Assembly (NCBI GenBank): GCA_937920635.1
Contig: CAKZUE010000068.1
Span: 7,999-71,998 of the forward strand
From: an uncultured Bryobacteraceae bacterium
GTDB taxonomy: Bacteria; Acidobacteriota; Terriglobia; Bryobacterales; Bryobacteraceae
Direction of reading: 5' to 3'
DNA length: 64,000 nucleotides
Below are positions 37,056 through 44,720 of this stretch, piece after piece. The translations under genes were made by a program, and so were the position numbers. The stretch's first letter is position 1; every line of letters begins with the position of its first letter. A model generated the notes under the pieces. It was given only the letters and a program-made list of their open reading frames with translations, was not told the DNA's origin and searched no databases.

Positions 37056-37421
37056 ATGGCCTGTCCGCCTTCGGACGATCGCGTCCCCCGCTACGCCGAT
37101 GTCCTCGCCGCGCTGGGCACCGAAGCCCGCCTGCGCATCATGCGGGTCCTGCTCTCCGCCCATCCCCAGGGGTTGTTCGCCGGAGAGATCCAGGCTGCCC
37201 TGGGCATTCCCCCCTCGACGCTGTCCCATCACCTGGAAAAGTTGAAGCACGAAGGACTCGTCCGGGTCCGGCGCAGCGGAACCTTCCTCCGCTACACGGC
37301 GGATACGGAGACGTTGCGGGAAGTCGTCACCTTTCTCTACGCCCAGTGTTGCGGGCGTGCCCGGGAAACAGAACTGGGTGATGTCACCCAGCTCTGTGCG
37401 CCTCCGTCATCAGGGGAGTGA
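37056..37421 (+). CDS. ArsR/SmtB-family transcriptional regulator (Cys-rich C-terminus)
   Basis: LAALGTEARLRIMRVLL, the wHTH segment FAGEIQAALGIPPSTLSHHLEKLKHEGLV, and RSGTFLRY. Cysteines occur at the N-terminus (MAC) and C-terminus (AQCCG, QLCA). GGAG Shine-Dalgarno; the start lies 11 nt after the tRNA. Confidence 0.88.
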   Translation: MACPPSDDRVPRYADVLAALGTEARLRIMRVLLSAHPQGLFAGEIQAALGIPPSTLSHHLEKLKHEGLVRVRRSGTFLRYTADTETLREVVTFLYAQCCGRARETELGDVTQLCAPPSSGE

Positions 37422-37562
37422 ATTTCCCCTGCTCTGGAGTGGGAACTCAGCCCCCGCCATTTCCCCGGTATCTGTTTTCCGTTTCAGCCCATGAGGCCTG
37501 AAGTTCTGTGATTGCAGAAATATTGGGAGGTGGTTTGCCCTCCGGGGCCATGTCCAGGACAC

Positions 37563-37578
37563 TGGCAGCCGAATTGCT
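37563..37578 (+). promoter_or_regulatory. candidate sigma-54 (-24/-12) promoter
   Basis: TGGCAG-CCGAA-TTGCT has the exact GG/GC spacing of the TGGCAC-N5-TTGCW consensus. It lies in the 243-bp intergenic region, 87 nt upstream of ATG 37665 and in the correct orientation. Confidence 0.35.
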
Positions 37579-37664
37579 CAGTGCACCATGTCTCACTGGC
37601 TCGCACGGCCAGAAAGGGGACGGAGTCTGAAGCTCTGGGTGTCATTTCAGAGGGAGTAAGGCAA

Positions 37665-38600
37665 ATGGACGAAGAGAAGGCGAGAGAGGAACGGGGCCAG
37701 GGTGCGCCCAACCGCCGGCGCGCGTTCTTGCAGGCGCTGGCGGGCATCGGCGCCGGCGCGGCAGCCGCTGGAGTCGGTTTGCAGGTGCTGCAATCGCCGC
37801 AGGCGGAGGCGGCTGAGATCCCGCCGCCCCTGGCCGAATCCACGGGAACGGCGCTGATCCGCATGCAGCAGGATCTGGAGCGTGCGGTGACCAGCGGCCG
37901 GACGCCATCGTGGATGATGGTGGTGGATACACGGAAGTGCAGCGGGTGCAATGCGTGTGCGGTGGCATGCAAGGCGGAGGTGCCGACCGGGCCTGGCGGT
38001 TTTGCCCGGCGCATCGTGATCAAAGACCTGCCGATAGGGCCGCGGCCTTTCGCCGTGTTCAAGCCGGTCAACTGCCTCCAGTGCGACGATCCGCCCTGTG
38101 CGAAAGTCGTTCCCGCCGGCATGATCCGCAAGCGGCCTGACGGCATCGTCGAGTTCGATCACGCCACACTGTCCGGCCCTTACGCCGAGGCTGCCGCGCG
38201 CGCCTGTCCGTGGAATCTCATTCACGTCGACAGCGGGGCGACCTACACCATGAACACGCCCGCGCCGCAGGCTTACGAGGATCGCTCGTTTGAAGAGTAT
38301 GGACGGACCTACAGCCGCAAGAAGGGATCGGTCGGCCTGCTGGGACGCGCCCGAAAATGCACCTTCTGCGCCCACCGGCTCGAGCAGGGCGTGCTGCCCG
38401 CCTGCGTTACCACCTGCATGAGCGGCGCGATGTACTTCGGCGACATGAACGACACCTCATCGCTGGTCTACCAGGTCACACAGGGCCGCCGCGTCTTCAA
38501 GGGTCACGAGAACACAGGTGTCAAACCGCGGGTGATCTACTTCGAAGAGTCGATGCCGGGCGCGGTGCATGTGGACTGCGAGGCCTGCCATTCCCGCTGA
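37665..38600 (+). CDS. Tat-signal 4Fe-4S ferredoxin-type electron-transfer subunit of a molybdoenzyme (PsrB/TtrB/NrfC-like)
   Basis: NRRRAFLQALAGIGAGAAAAG twin-arginine signal. Cys clusters CSGCNACAVACK, CLQCDDPPC and CTFCAHRLEQGVLPACVTTC. AGGGAG Shine-Dalgarno upstream. No C-terminal TM helix. Confidence 0.9.
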   Translation: MDEEKAREERGQGAPNRRRAFLQALAGIGAGAAAAGVGLQVLQSPQAEAAEIPPPLAESTGTALIRMQQDLERAVTSGRTPSWMMVVDTRKCSGCNACAVACKAEVPTGPGGFARRIVIKDLPIGPRPFAVFKPVNCLQCDDPPCAKVVPAGMIRKRPDGIVEFDHATLSGPYAEAAARACPWNLIHVDSGATYTMNTPAPQAYEDRSFEEYGRTYSRKKGSVGLLGRARKCTFCAHRLEQGVLPACVTTCMSGAMYFGDMNDTSSLVYQVTQGRRVFKGHENTGVKPRVIYFEESMPGAVHVDCEACHSR

Positions 38601-38610
38601 GGAGGACGCC

Positions 38611-41600
38611 ATGAAGCACGAGAAGGAACTTCCCGAAATGCAGAATGAGAAGACCGGACGCCGCGAGATGCTGGCCGGCGCCCTGCTGGGCGGCGCGCTG
38701 CTGAGCCGGGTAGAGCAGGCGCAGGCGGCGGAGAGCGCGCCTGTAGCGCTAAAGCCCGTCGATCCCTCCCAGTACATCTATTCGACCTGCCTCCAATGCA
38801 ATACCGGCTGCGAGATCAAGGTGCGCATCCAGGACGGCGTGGCTGTCAAGATCGAGGGCAACCCTTACGGTCCGCGCGCCATGGATCCGCACATCGACTG
38901 GAACACGCCCGCCACTCAGGCGGCGCGCATCCACGGCCACATCTGCCCGAAAGGCCAGGCTGGCATCCAGACGGCCTATGACCCCTACCGGATCACGAAG
39001 GTGCTGAAGCGCGCCGGCGCCCGCGGCGAGGGCAAGTGGATCACGATTCCGTTCGACCAGGCGGTCAACGAGATCGTCGAGGGCGGCGCGCTGTTCCCGC
39101 AGGACGGCGGCAGGACCGTGACCGGCTTGCGCGAGCTTTACGCCCTGAAGGATCCGGCCGCGTTTAAGGCCCTGGCAGCCGATGCCGCGCTCGTCCAGGA
39201 CAAGAAAATGACGGTGGCCGAGTTCAAGGCGAAACACGCGGCGCTGCTCGACACGCTCATCGATCCCGACCACCCGGACTTCGGGCCGAAGAACAATCAG
39301 TTTGTCTTCAACTGGGGCCGCCTGAAAGCGGGCCGCCAGGATTTCTTCCTCCGCTTCGTCAAGGACAGCTTCGGGTCGAACAACGCCCACGGCCACACTA
39401 CCGTCTGCCAGGGCTCGATCTATTTCGCCGGCAAGTCGATGTCGGATCAGCCGAGCGGCGGCAAGTTCACGGGCGGCGCCAAGGCTTACTGGATGGCGGA
39501 CCTGTCCAACGCCGAGTTCGTGATCTTCTGGGGCGCCAACGTGCTGGAGGGCAACTACGGTCCGCCGCTGAAGATCCCGAAGATCATGCGGGGGCTGGCC
39601 AGCGGCAGAATGAAAGCCGCCGTCATCGACCCGCGCCATTCCAGAATTGCCGCCAAAGCGTGGAAGTGGCTGCCCGTGAGACCGGGGCAGGACGCCGCGA
39701 TCGCCATGGCGATGATCCAGTGGATCATCGAGAATGAGCGCTTCGACCGGCGCTACCTCGAAAACTGCAACAAGGCCGCTGCCACGGCCGACGGCGAACC
39801 CACCTGGTCGAACGCCGCCTGGCTCGTCAAGATCCGCGACGACGGCAGCGGCGGCGCACTTCTCCGCGCCTCCGAGGCCGGCCTGGCCGGCGATGCCGAC
39901 ACCTTCGTCGCCATGCGCAACGGGCAGCCGGTGGCCTTCAAGAGCGACGATGCGGCCAAAGCCGCGGAAGGCGATCTGTTCGTCGACACCACCATCAACG
40001 GCATCCGCGTGAAGAGCGGCCTGCAACTGCTGCGCGAGGAAGCACTGAAGAACACGATTTACGGCTGGGCGTCGATCGCTGGCGTCAGCGGCGCCGACAT
40101 CATCGCCCTGGCGCGCGAGTTCACATCGCACGGCAAGAAGGCCGTGGTCGAGATCCACCGCGGCGTCTCCCAGCACACCAACGGCTTCTACAACGTGCTC
40201 GCCACCATGGGCGCGCTGAACACGCTGATCGGCAACTTCGACTGGAAAGGCGGACTGATTTACGGCGGCGGCACTTACGGCGAGACCGGCGGCGCCGGGC
40301 GGCCCTTCCAGCTTGGCGATCATCCGGCCAAGATCACGCCGTTCGGCATCGACATCATCCGCGGCGGCGCCACCTACGAGAAGAGCACCATCTTCAACGG
40401 CTATCCGGCCAAACGCCCCTGGTACCCGCTCGCCAGCGACGTCTACCAGGAGGTGATCCCCTCGGCGGGCGATGCCTATCCTTACCCGATCAAGATCCTG
40501 TTGCTCTACATGGGCTCGCCCGTCTACGCGCTGCCGGCGGGCCACTCGCTGATCCCCATCCTCCGGGACACGGACAAAATCCCGCTGTTCATCGCCAGCG
40601 ACATCACCATCGGCGAAACCTCGATGTACGCCGATTACATCTTCCCGGACCTCACGTATCTCGAGCGCTGGGAGTTCCACCGCACGCATCCCTCGATCGC
40701 CCACCGCGTCTCGCCCGTACGGCAGCCCGCGATTGCCTCGCCAAATGAAACAGTGCGCGTTTTCGGCGAGGAGATGCCCGTCTCCATCGAGGCTCTGTTC
40801 CTGGCTCTCGCGGAACGGCTCCAACTGCCGGGCTGGGGGCCGGGCGGCTTCGGCAGCGGCGATCTGAAGCGCCCCGAAGACTTCTATCTGCGCATGGTGG
40901 CCAATGTCGCCTTTGGCCAGTCGACCACCGGGGCGGAGATCTGCCCCGACGCCTCCGACGAGGAGATGGCGATCTTCCTCAACGCCCGCAAACATCTTCC
41001 GAAGAGCGTCTTCGACCCCGAACGGTGGCAGCAGGCGGTCGGCTCCCAGTGGTGGCGCAAGGTGGTCTACGTTCTGAATCGTGGCGGGCGGTGGCTGCCT
41101 TATGAAAAGGCCTGGCCTGGAGAGCAGGTCGCCAACAAGTACGGCAAACTCGTGAACCTGTATCACGAAAAGCCCGCTACCACCCGCCATTCGTTGACGG
41201 GCAAATACCTGACAGGGGTGCCCAGCTATCTTCCCATTGCGGACTCGCTCGGAAGACCGCTGGACTATCGCGAGGCGCCGTTCCAGCTCATTACCAACCG
41301 CAACATGCTCCAGACCAAGAGCCGGACCATCGCCGACTACTGGCTCACCGATATCCAGCCCGAGAATTTCGTCGAGATGAGCACGCTCGATGCGCAGAAG
41401 CTCGGCCTGAAAGACGGCGACGAGGTGTACGTGCTCTCCACCTGGAACCCGGACGCCCAGTGGGACCTCGGCAACGGCCAGACCAAGCCCCTGCGCGGCA
41501 AGGTGCGCGTCACCAGCCGCATCCGCCCGGGCGTGGTTACCTTCGAGCTGGGCTGGGGCCACTTCGCTTACGGCTCTTCGCTTCAGTACATCGACGGACA

Positions 41601-41748
41601 GGCGATCCCGCCGGATCCGCGCCGCGGCCGGGGCATCCATGCCAACTCGGCCATGGTCGTCGATCCCCATCTCCGCTCGCCGCTGAGCGACGTGGTCGGC
41701 GGCAGCGCAGTCTTTTACGATACCCGCGTGTACGTCGTCAAAGCCTGA
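38611..41748 (+). CDS. Tat-signal molybdopterin (bis-MGD) oxidoreductase catalytic subunit, TtrA/PsrA-like
   Basis: 1045 aa. GRREMLAGALLGGALL Tat signal, N-terminal FeS motif CLQCNTGCEIKV...HICPKG, a candidate Mo-ligand Cys in HGHTTVCQGS, and a C-terminal molybdopterin dinucleotide-binding region (VEMSTLDAQKLGLKDGDEVYV). GAGGAGGA Shine-Dalgarno. Confidence 0.9.
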   Translation: MKHEKELPEMQNEKTGRREMLAGALLGGALLSRVEQAQAAESAPVALKPVDPSQYIYSTCLQCNTGCEIKVRIQDGVAVKIEGNPYGPRAMDPHIDWNTPATQAARIHGHICPKGQAGIQTAYDPYRITKVLKRAGARGEGKWITIPFDQAVNEIVEGGALFPQDGGRTVTGLRELYALKDPAAFKALAADAALVQDKKMTVAEFKAKHAALLDTLIDPDHPDFGPKNNQFVFNWGRLKAGRQDFFLRFVKDSFGSNNAHGHTTVCQGSIYFAGKSMSDQPSGGKFTGGAKAYWMADLSNAEFVIFWGANVLEGNYGPPLKIPKIMRGLASGRMKAAVIDPRHSRIAAKAWKWLPVRPGQDAAIAMAMIQWIIENERFDRRYLENCNKAAATADGEPTWSNAAWLVKIRDDGSGGALLRASEAGLAGDADTFVAMRNGQPVAFKSDDAAKAAEGDLFVDTTINGIRVKSGLQLLREEALKNTIYGWASIAGVSGADIIALAREFTSHGKKAVVEIHRGVSQHTNGFYNVLATMGALNTLIGNFDWKGGLIYGGGTYGETGGAGRPFQLGDHPAKITPFGIDIIRGGATYEKSTIFNGYPAKRPWYPLASDVYQEVIPSAGDAYPYPIKILLLYMGSPVYALPAGHSLIPILRDTDKIPLFIASDITIGETSMYADYIFPDLTYLERWEFHRTHPSIAHRVSPVRQPAIASPNETVRVFGEEMPVSIEALFLALAERLQLPGWGPGGFGSGDLKRPEDFYLRMVANVAFGQSTTGAEICPDASDEEMAIFLNARKHLPKSVFDPERWQQAVGSQWWRKVVYVLNRGGRWLPYEKAWPGEQVANKYGKLVNLYHEKPATTRHSLTGKYLTGVPSYLPIADSLGRPLDYREAPFQLITNRNMLQTKSRTIADYWLTDIQPENFVEMSTLDAQKLGLKDGDEVYVLSTWNPDAQWDLGNGQTKPLRGKVRVTSRIRPGVVTFELGWGHFAYGSSLQYIDGQAIPPDPRRGRGIHANSAMVVDPHLRSPLSDVVGGSAVFYDTRVYVVKA

Positions 41749-41770
41749 TTCCTCCTTCGATCTGACTACC

Positions 41771-41805
41771 GGCGGCGGCCCCGGCTCGGGACCGCCGCTT
41801 TTTTT
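41771..41805 (+). terminator. Rho-independent terminator after the molybdoenzyme operon
   Basis: Stem GCGGCGGCCCC (41772-41782) / GGGACCGCCGC (41788-41798) with one mismatch and a 5-nt loop, followed by seven T (41799-41805). Confidence 0.7.
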
Positions 41806-41844
41806 CATCCGCGGGCTTCAGTAGAGTGATTCCACGGGACAGCC

Positions 41845-42897
41845 ATGAGCGAAACCTCATACCTCGGCCGCCGCGCCTTCTCCCTTTCCAATGACCTGTT
41901 GGAGGTGATCGTCACCGCTGAAGGCGGCCACATCGCCGCCATCCGCGACCTGGCCACCGGAATCAATCCTCTTTGGACTCCGCCCTGGCCCTCCATCGAG
42001 CCGTCCTCTTACGATCCGGCGAAGCATCCGGAATATGGCAACAACGCGGAGAGCCGCCTGCTGGCGGGCATTCTCGGGCACAACCTCTGCCTCGATCTGT
42101 TCGGCGGGCCGAGCGAGGAAGAGGCCGCCGCCGGCATGGTGGTGCACGGCGAGGCGGGCGTCATCCCGCATCAGATCCGCGTGGAGGGCGATACGCTCGA
42201 GCAGTCAGTGGAACTGCCCGCTTCGCAACTGCGCTTCGAGCGGCGCATCCGTCTCGCGCCGGGTTCGCGCCGCGTCGAAATCATGGAAACCGTGGAGAAC
42301 CTCTCCTGCTGGGACCGGCCCGTAGCCTGGACGCAGCACGTCACGCTGGGGCCGCCGTTTCTGGAAAAAGGGAAGACGCAGTTCCGCGCCACCGCCACGC
42401 GCTCGAAAGTGATCGAACACGACTTCACCGGCGGCAAGGGCTATATGAAAACCGGCGCCGAGTTCGACTGGCCCTTCGTCCCGTGCCTGGATGGCTCCCT
42501 GGAAGACATGCGGGTCTTCACCAGCCGTCCGGTGTCCGGCGCGTTCTCCACGCACCTGATGGATCCGGCGCGCAGGCGGGCATGGTTCGCCGCCTGGCAC
42601 CCGGATCTCAGGATGGGGATCGGCTACCAGTGGCGGCAGGCGGATTTTCCGTGGCTCGGGATCTGGGAGGAGAACGATTCCAGAACCGCGCCGCCGTGGA
42701 ATGGTTTGACACTGACGCGCGGCATGGAGTTCGGCGTCTCGCCGTTTCCCGAGAGCCGCCGCGCGATGATCGATCGCGGCGGGCTGTTTGGCGTGCCGGG
42801 CTACCGGTGGATTCCCGCCAAGACGGGAGTGCGGGTGGAATACGAAGCGTGGCTCGCACCTGCCGGCAGGATCGAAGCGGCGTGTCCGGCGGATTGA
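41845..42897 (+). CDS. hypothetical protein, possibly aldose-1-epimerase (galactose mutarotase)-fold
   Basis: 350-aa ORF with good coding appearance. The segment GILGHNLCLDLFGGPSEEEAAAGMVVHGEAG resembles mutarotase-superfamily active-site regions. The assignment is tentative. Confidence 0.4.
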   Translation: MSETSYLGRRAFSLSNDLLEVIVTAEGGHIAAIRDLATGINPLWTPPWPSIEPSSYDPAKHPEYGNNAESRLLAGILGHNLCLDLFGGPSEEEAAAGMVVHGEAGVIPHQIRVEGDTLEQSVELPASQLRFERRIRLAPGSRRVEIMETVENLSCWDRPVAWTQHVTLGPPFLEKGKTQFRATATRSKVIEHDFTGGKGYMKTGAEFDWPFVPCLDGSLEDMRVFTSRPVSGAFSTHLMDPARRRAWFAAWHPDLRMGIGYQWRQADFPWLGIWEENDSRTAPPWNGLTLTRGMEFGVSPFPESRRAMIDRGGLFGVPGYRWIPAKTGVRVEYEAWLAPAGRIEAACPAD

Positions 42898-42906
42898 CCG
42901 CGCGCC

Positions 42907-43989
42907 TCAGGCGCGGCTGGCGCGCGCGGTGCTCGCCTTGGCCGGTTCCGCGGCCGGCGCAGGCTGCGCTTCGGCCTTCGGCTGCGGCACAGCGAGACCC
43001 AGGGCGGCGCGCACCTGCGCATCGATCTGGGCGAGCATTTCCGGGTGATCCTTGAGGAACTGCTTGGCGTTCTCGCGCCCCTGCCCGATCCGCTCTCCGT
43101 TGTAGCTGTACCAGGAGCCGCTCTTGTCCACGATGTTCTGCGCCACGGCGGTGTCGAGCAGGTCGCCGGTGATGCTGACGCCCTCGCCGTACATGATGTC
43201 GAACTCGGCTTCCCGGAACGGCGGGGCCAGCTTGTTCTTCACGACCTTTACCTTGGTGCGGTTGCCGGTGACGTTTTCGCCGTCCTTGATCGCCGCAATC
43301 CGGCGGATGTCGAGCCGGACGCTCGAATAGAACTTCAGCGCGCGGCCGCCCGTGGTCGTCTCGGGGTTGCCGAACATCACGCCGATCTTCTCGCGGATCT
43401 GGTTGATGAAGATCAGGCAGGTGTTCGATTTCGACACGATGCCCGTCAGCTTCCGCATGGCTTGCGACATCAGCCGCGCCTGCACGCCGACAAAAGAATC
43501 GCCCATCTCGCCGTCGAGCTCCGCCTTCGGCACCAGCGCCGCCACCGAGTCCACTACCACGACGTCGATGGCGTTGGAACTGATCAGCGCCGCCGTGATT
43601 TCCAGCGCCTGCTCGGCGTAGTCCGGCTGCGAGACCAGCAGGTTGTCCACATCCACGCCGAGCTTCCGCGCGTAAATGGGGTCCAGAGCGTGCTCGACGT
43701 CGACGAACGCCGCCATGCCGCCCGCCTTCTGCGCCTGCGCCACCACCTGCAACGCAATCGTCGTCTTGCCCGAGGATTCGGGGCCGAAAACCTCGATGAT
43801 GCGCCCTCTGGGAAAACCGCCGACGCCGAGTGCGTAATCCAGCGACACGGAACCTGACGGAATCACGCTGACCGGCACCACCGCTTCGTGCGAGCCCAGC
43901 CGCTGAATGATCCCCTTGCCGTACTGCTTCTCGATGTTGCCGAGCGTCACCGCCAGCAGCCGCTGCTTTTCTTTCTCGTCGAGGGCCAT
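42907..43989 (-). CDS. recA: recombinase RecA
   Basis: Walker [10 protein letters not shown], collinear with RecA throughout ([52 protein letters not shown]). Has an Ala/Pro-rich C-terminal tail. Confidence 0.98.
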   Translation of the reverse strand: MALDEKEKQRLLAVTLGNIEKQYGKGIIQRLGSHEAVVPVSVIPSGSVSLDYALGVGGFPRGRIIEVFGPESSGKTTIALQVVAQAQKAGGMAAFVDVEHALDPIYARKLGVDVDNLLVSQPDYAEQALEITAALISSNAIDVVVVDSVAALVPKAELDGEMGDSFVGVQARLMSQAMRKLTGIVSKSNTCLIFINQIREKIGVMFGNPETTTGGRALKFYSSVRLDIRRIAAIKDGENVTGNRTKVKVVKNKLAPPFREAEFDIMYGEGVSITGDLLDTAVAQNIVDKSGSWYSYNGERIGQGRENAKQFLKDHPEMLAQIDAQVRAALGLAVPQPKAEAQPAPAAEPAKASTARASRA

Positions 43990-44003
43990 GATTGCACTCC
44001 GGT

Positions 44004-44023
44004 GTGTAATTTTTTACAGTATA
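44004..44023 (-). promoter_or_regulatory. candidate recA -10 (TATACT) overlapping an imperfect CTGT-N8-ACAC palindrome (LexA-box-like)
   Basis: The minus strand reads TATACTGTAAAAAATTACAC. TATACT occupies 44023-44018. CTGT (44019-44016), an AT-only 8-nt spacer, then ACAC (44007-44004). A GGAG Shine-Dalgarno follows. There is one mismatch to CTGT-N8-ACAG. Confidence 0.3.
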
Positions 44024-44125
44024 GCAGAATTCGTCCCCGTTGCCAGCCGCCGGGGTGATTTTTCAGTGTACATAGTGCATGCCCGGAGCGGAAGCTCTCA
44101 ACCCGTTTCCCGGGCGCTCCCCGCT

Positions 44126-44155
44126 TTGACCGCCGCCACGCCGGTCGGCTATGAT
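44126..44155 (+). promoter_or_regulatory. candidate sigma-70 promoter of rpsT (TTGACC-N18-TATGAT)
   Basis: TTGACC at 44126-44131, an 18-nt spacer, TATGAT at 44150-44155, about 45 nt upstream of the rpsT ATG. Confidence 0.45.
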
Positions 44156-44200
44156 AGAAGGAGTCAGGCTTCGCAGGAAGAAGACTGTCTGTAGACACCC

Positions 44201-44482
44201 ATGGCTAATCATTACTCTTCGCTGAAGCGCGTGCGCATCACCAAGCGGCGCACGGCCATCAACAAGATCCGCAAGTCCCGCATGCGCCATGCCATACGGG
44301 CGCTGCGCATGGCTCTGGAGAAGAAGGATCTGGCCGCCGCCGCGCAGATCATGCCGAAGACATTCTCCCTGATCGACCGCGCCGCGAAGTGGGGCATCAT
44401 CAAAGATAACACCGCCTCCCGCTACAAGAGCCGCCTTCACAAGCGGCTCAAGGCCCTGGAGGGCGCTCCCTCCCAGGCCTGA
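44201..44482 (+). CDS. rpsT: 30S ribosomal protein S20
   Basis: [35 protein letters not shown]. 93 aa, basic, collinear with S20. Confidence 0.95.
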   Translation: MANHYSSLKRVRITKRRTAINKIRKSRMRHAIRALRMALEKKDLAAAAQIMPKTFSLIDRAAKWGIIKDNTASRYKSRLHKRLKALEGAPSQA

Positions 44483-44506
44483 CCGCAAGCAAGCTGTATC
44501 CAACCC

Positions 44507-44540
44507 GGGCGGCCTCTCCCCGAGGCCGCCCTTTCTGTTC
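44507..44540 (+). terminator. Rho-independent terminator after rpsT
   Basis: 10-bp stem GGGCGGCCTC (44507-44516) / GAGGCCGCCC (44522-44531) with a 5-nt loop, followed by TTTCTGTTC. Confidence 0.7.
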
Positions 44541-44720
44541 CCGAAAAAGGGGACAGGAACACAATTCACCTTTTTCCCGCGCCACTTTCCGCCCCGTCCG
44601 GCCCATGGCCTCAGCGCTCTCCCCATCAGGCGGACCGGCGGGAGCTTCCGCCGGCCGGTGATGGCGCTAGACTGAGATTGCCGCGCCGCGCCCGGCCGCG
44701 TGGAGAAAGGCTCCGCCATC

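Noticed and set aside
38611-41748. A possible selenocysteine (in-frame TGA) or programmed recoding event in the molybdoenzyme catalytic subunit, as seen in formate dehydrogenases.
   Set aside because: The ORF is uninterrupted over 1045 codons, and a Cys occupies the position expected for the Mo ligand.
38749-41808. A 1019-aa ORF antisense to the molybdoenzyme catalytic gene. Similar very long antisense or overlapping ORFs occur at 28983-32303 (1106 aa), 94-936, 967-2286, 3024-4220, 13558-15141, 15054-16583, 20170-21750, 24649-26202, 51516-53312 and 59067-60566.
   Set aside because: Their translations are Arg/Ala/Gly/Pro-rich low-complexity strings with no recognisable motifs. Each lies opposite, or out of frame with, a gene that has unambiguous family signatures. 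Long stop-free antisense frames are expected in DNA this GC-rich.
36968-42900. tRNA-Val as the attachment site of a genomic island carrying the arsR-molybdoenzyme locus.
   Set aside because: I found no integrase or recombinase gene and no direct repeat of the tRNA 3' end downstream by eye. The locus composition looks similar to the neighbouring core genes. A computational repeat search would settle it.
44541-44700. A possible small RNA or riboswitch in the 238-bp gap between rpsT and the decarboxylase gene. It contains the hairpin CCGGCGG-GAGCTT-CCGCCGG at about 44636-44655 and a TAGACT box at about 44669-44674.
   Set aside because: I recognised no conserved riboswitch motif. The features are adequately explained by the rpsT terminator plus an ordinary promoter and leader, with a GGAGAAAGG Shine-Dalgarno, for the decarboxylase gene.
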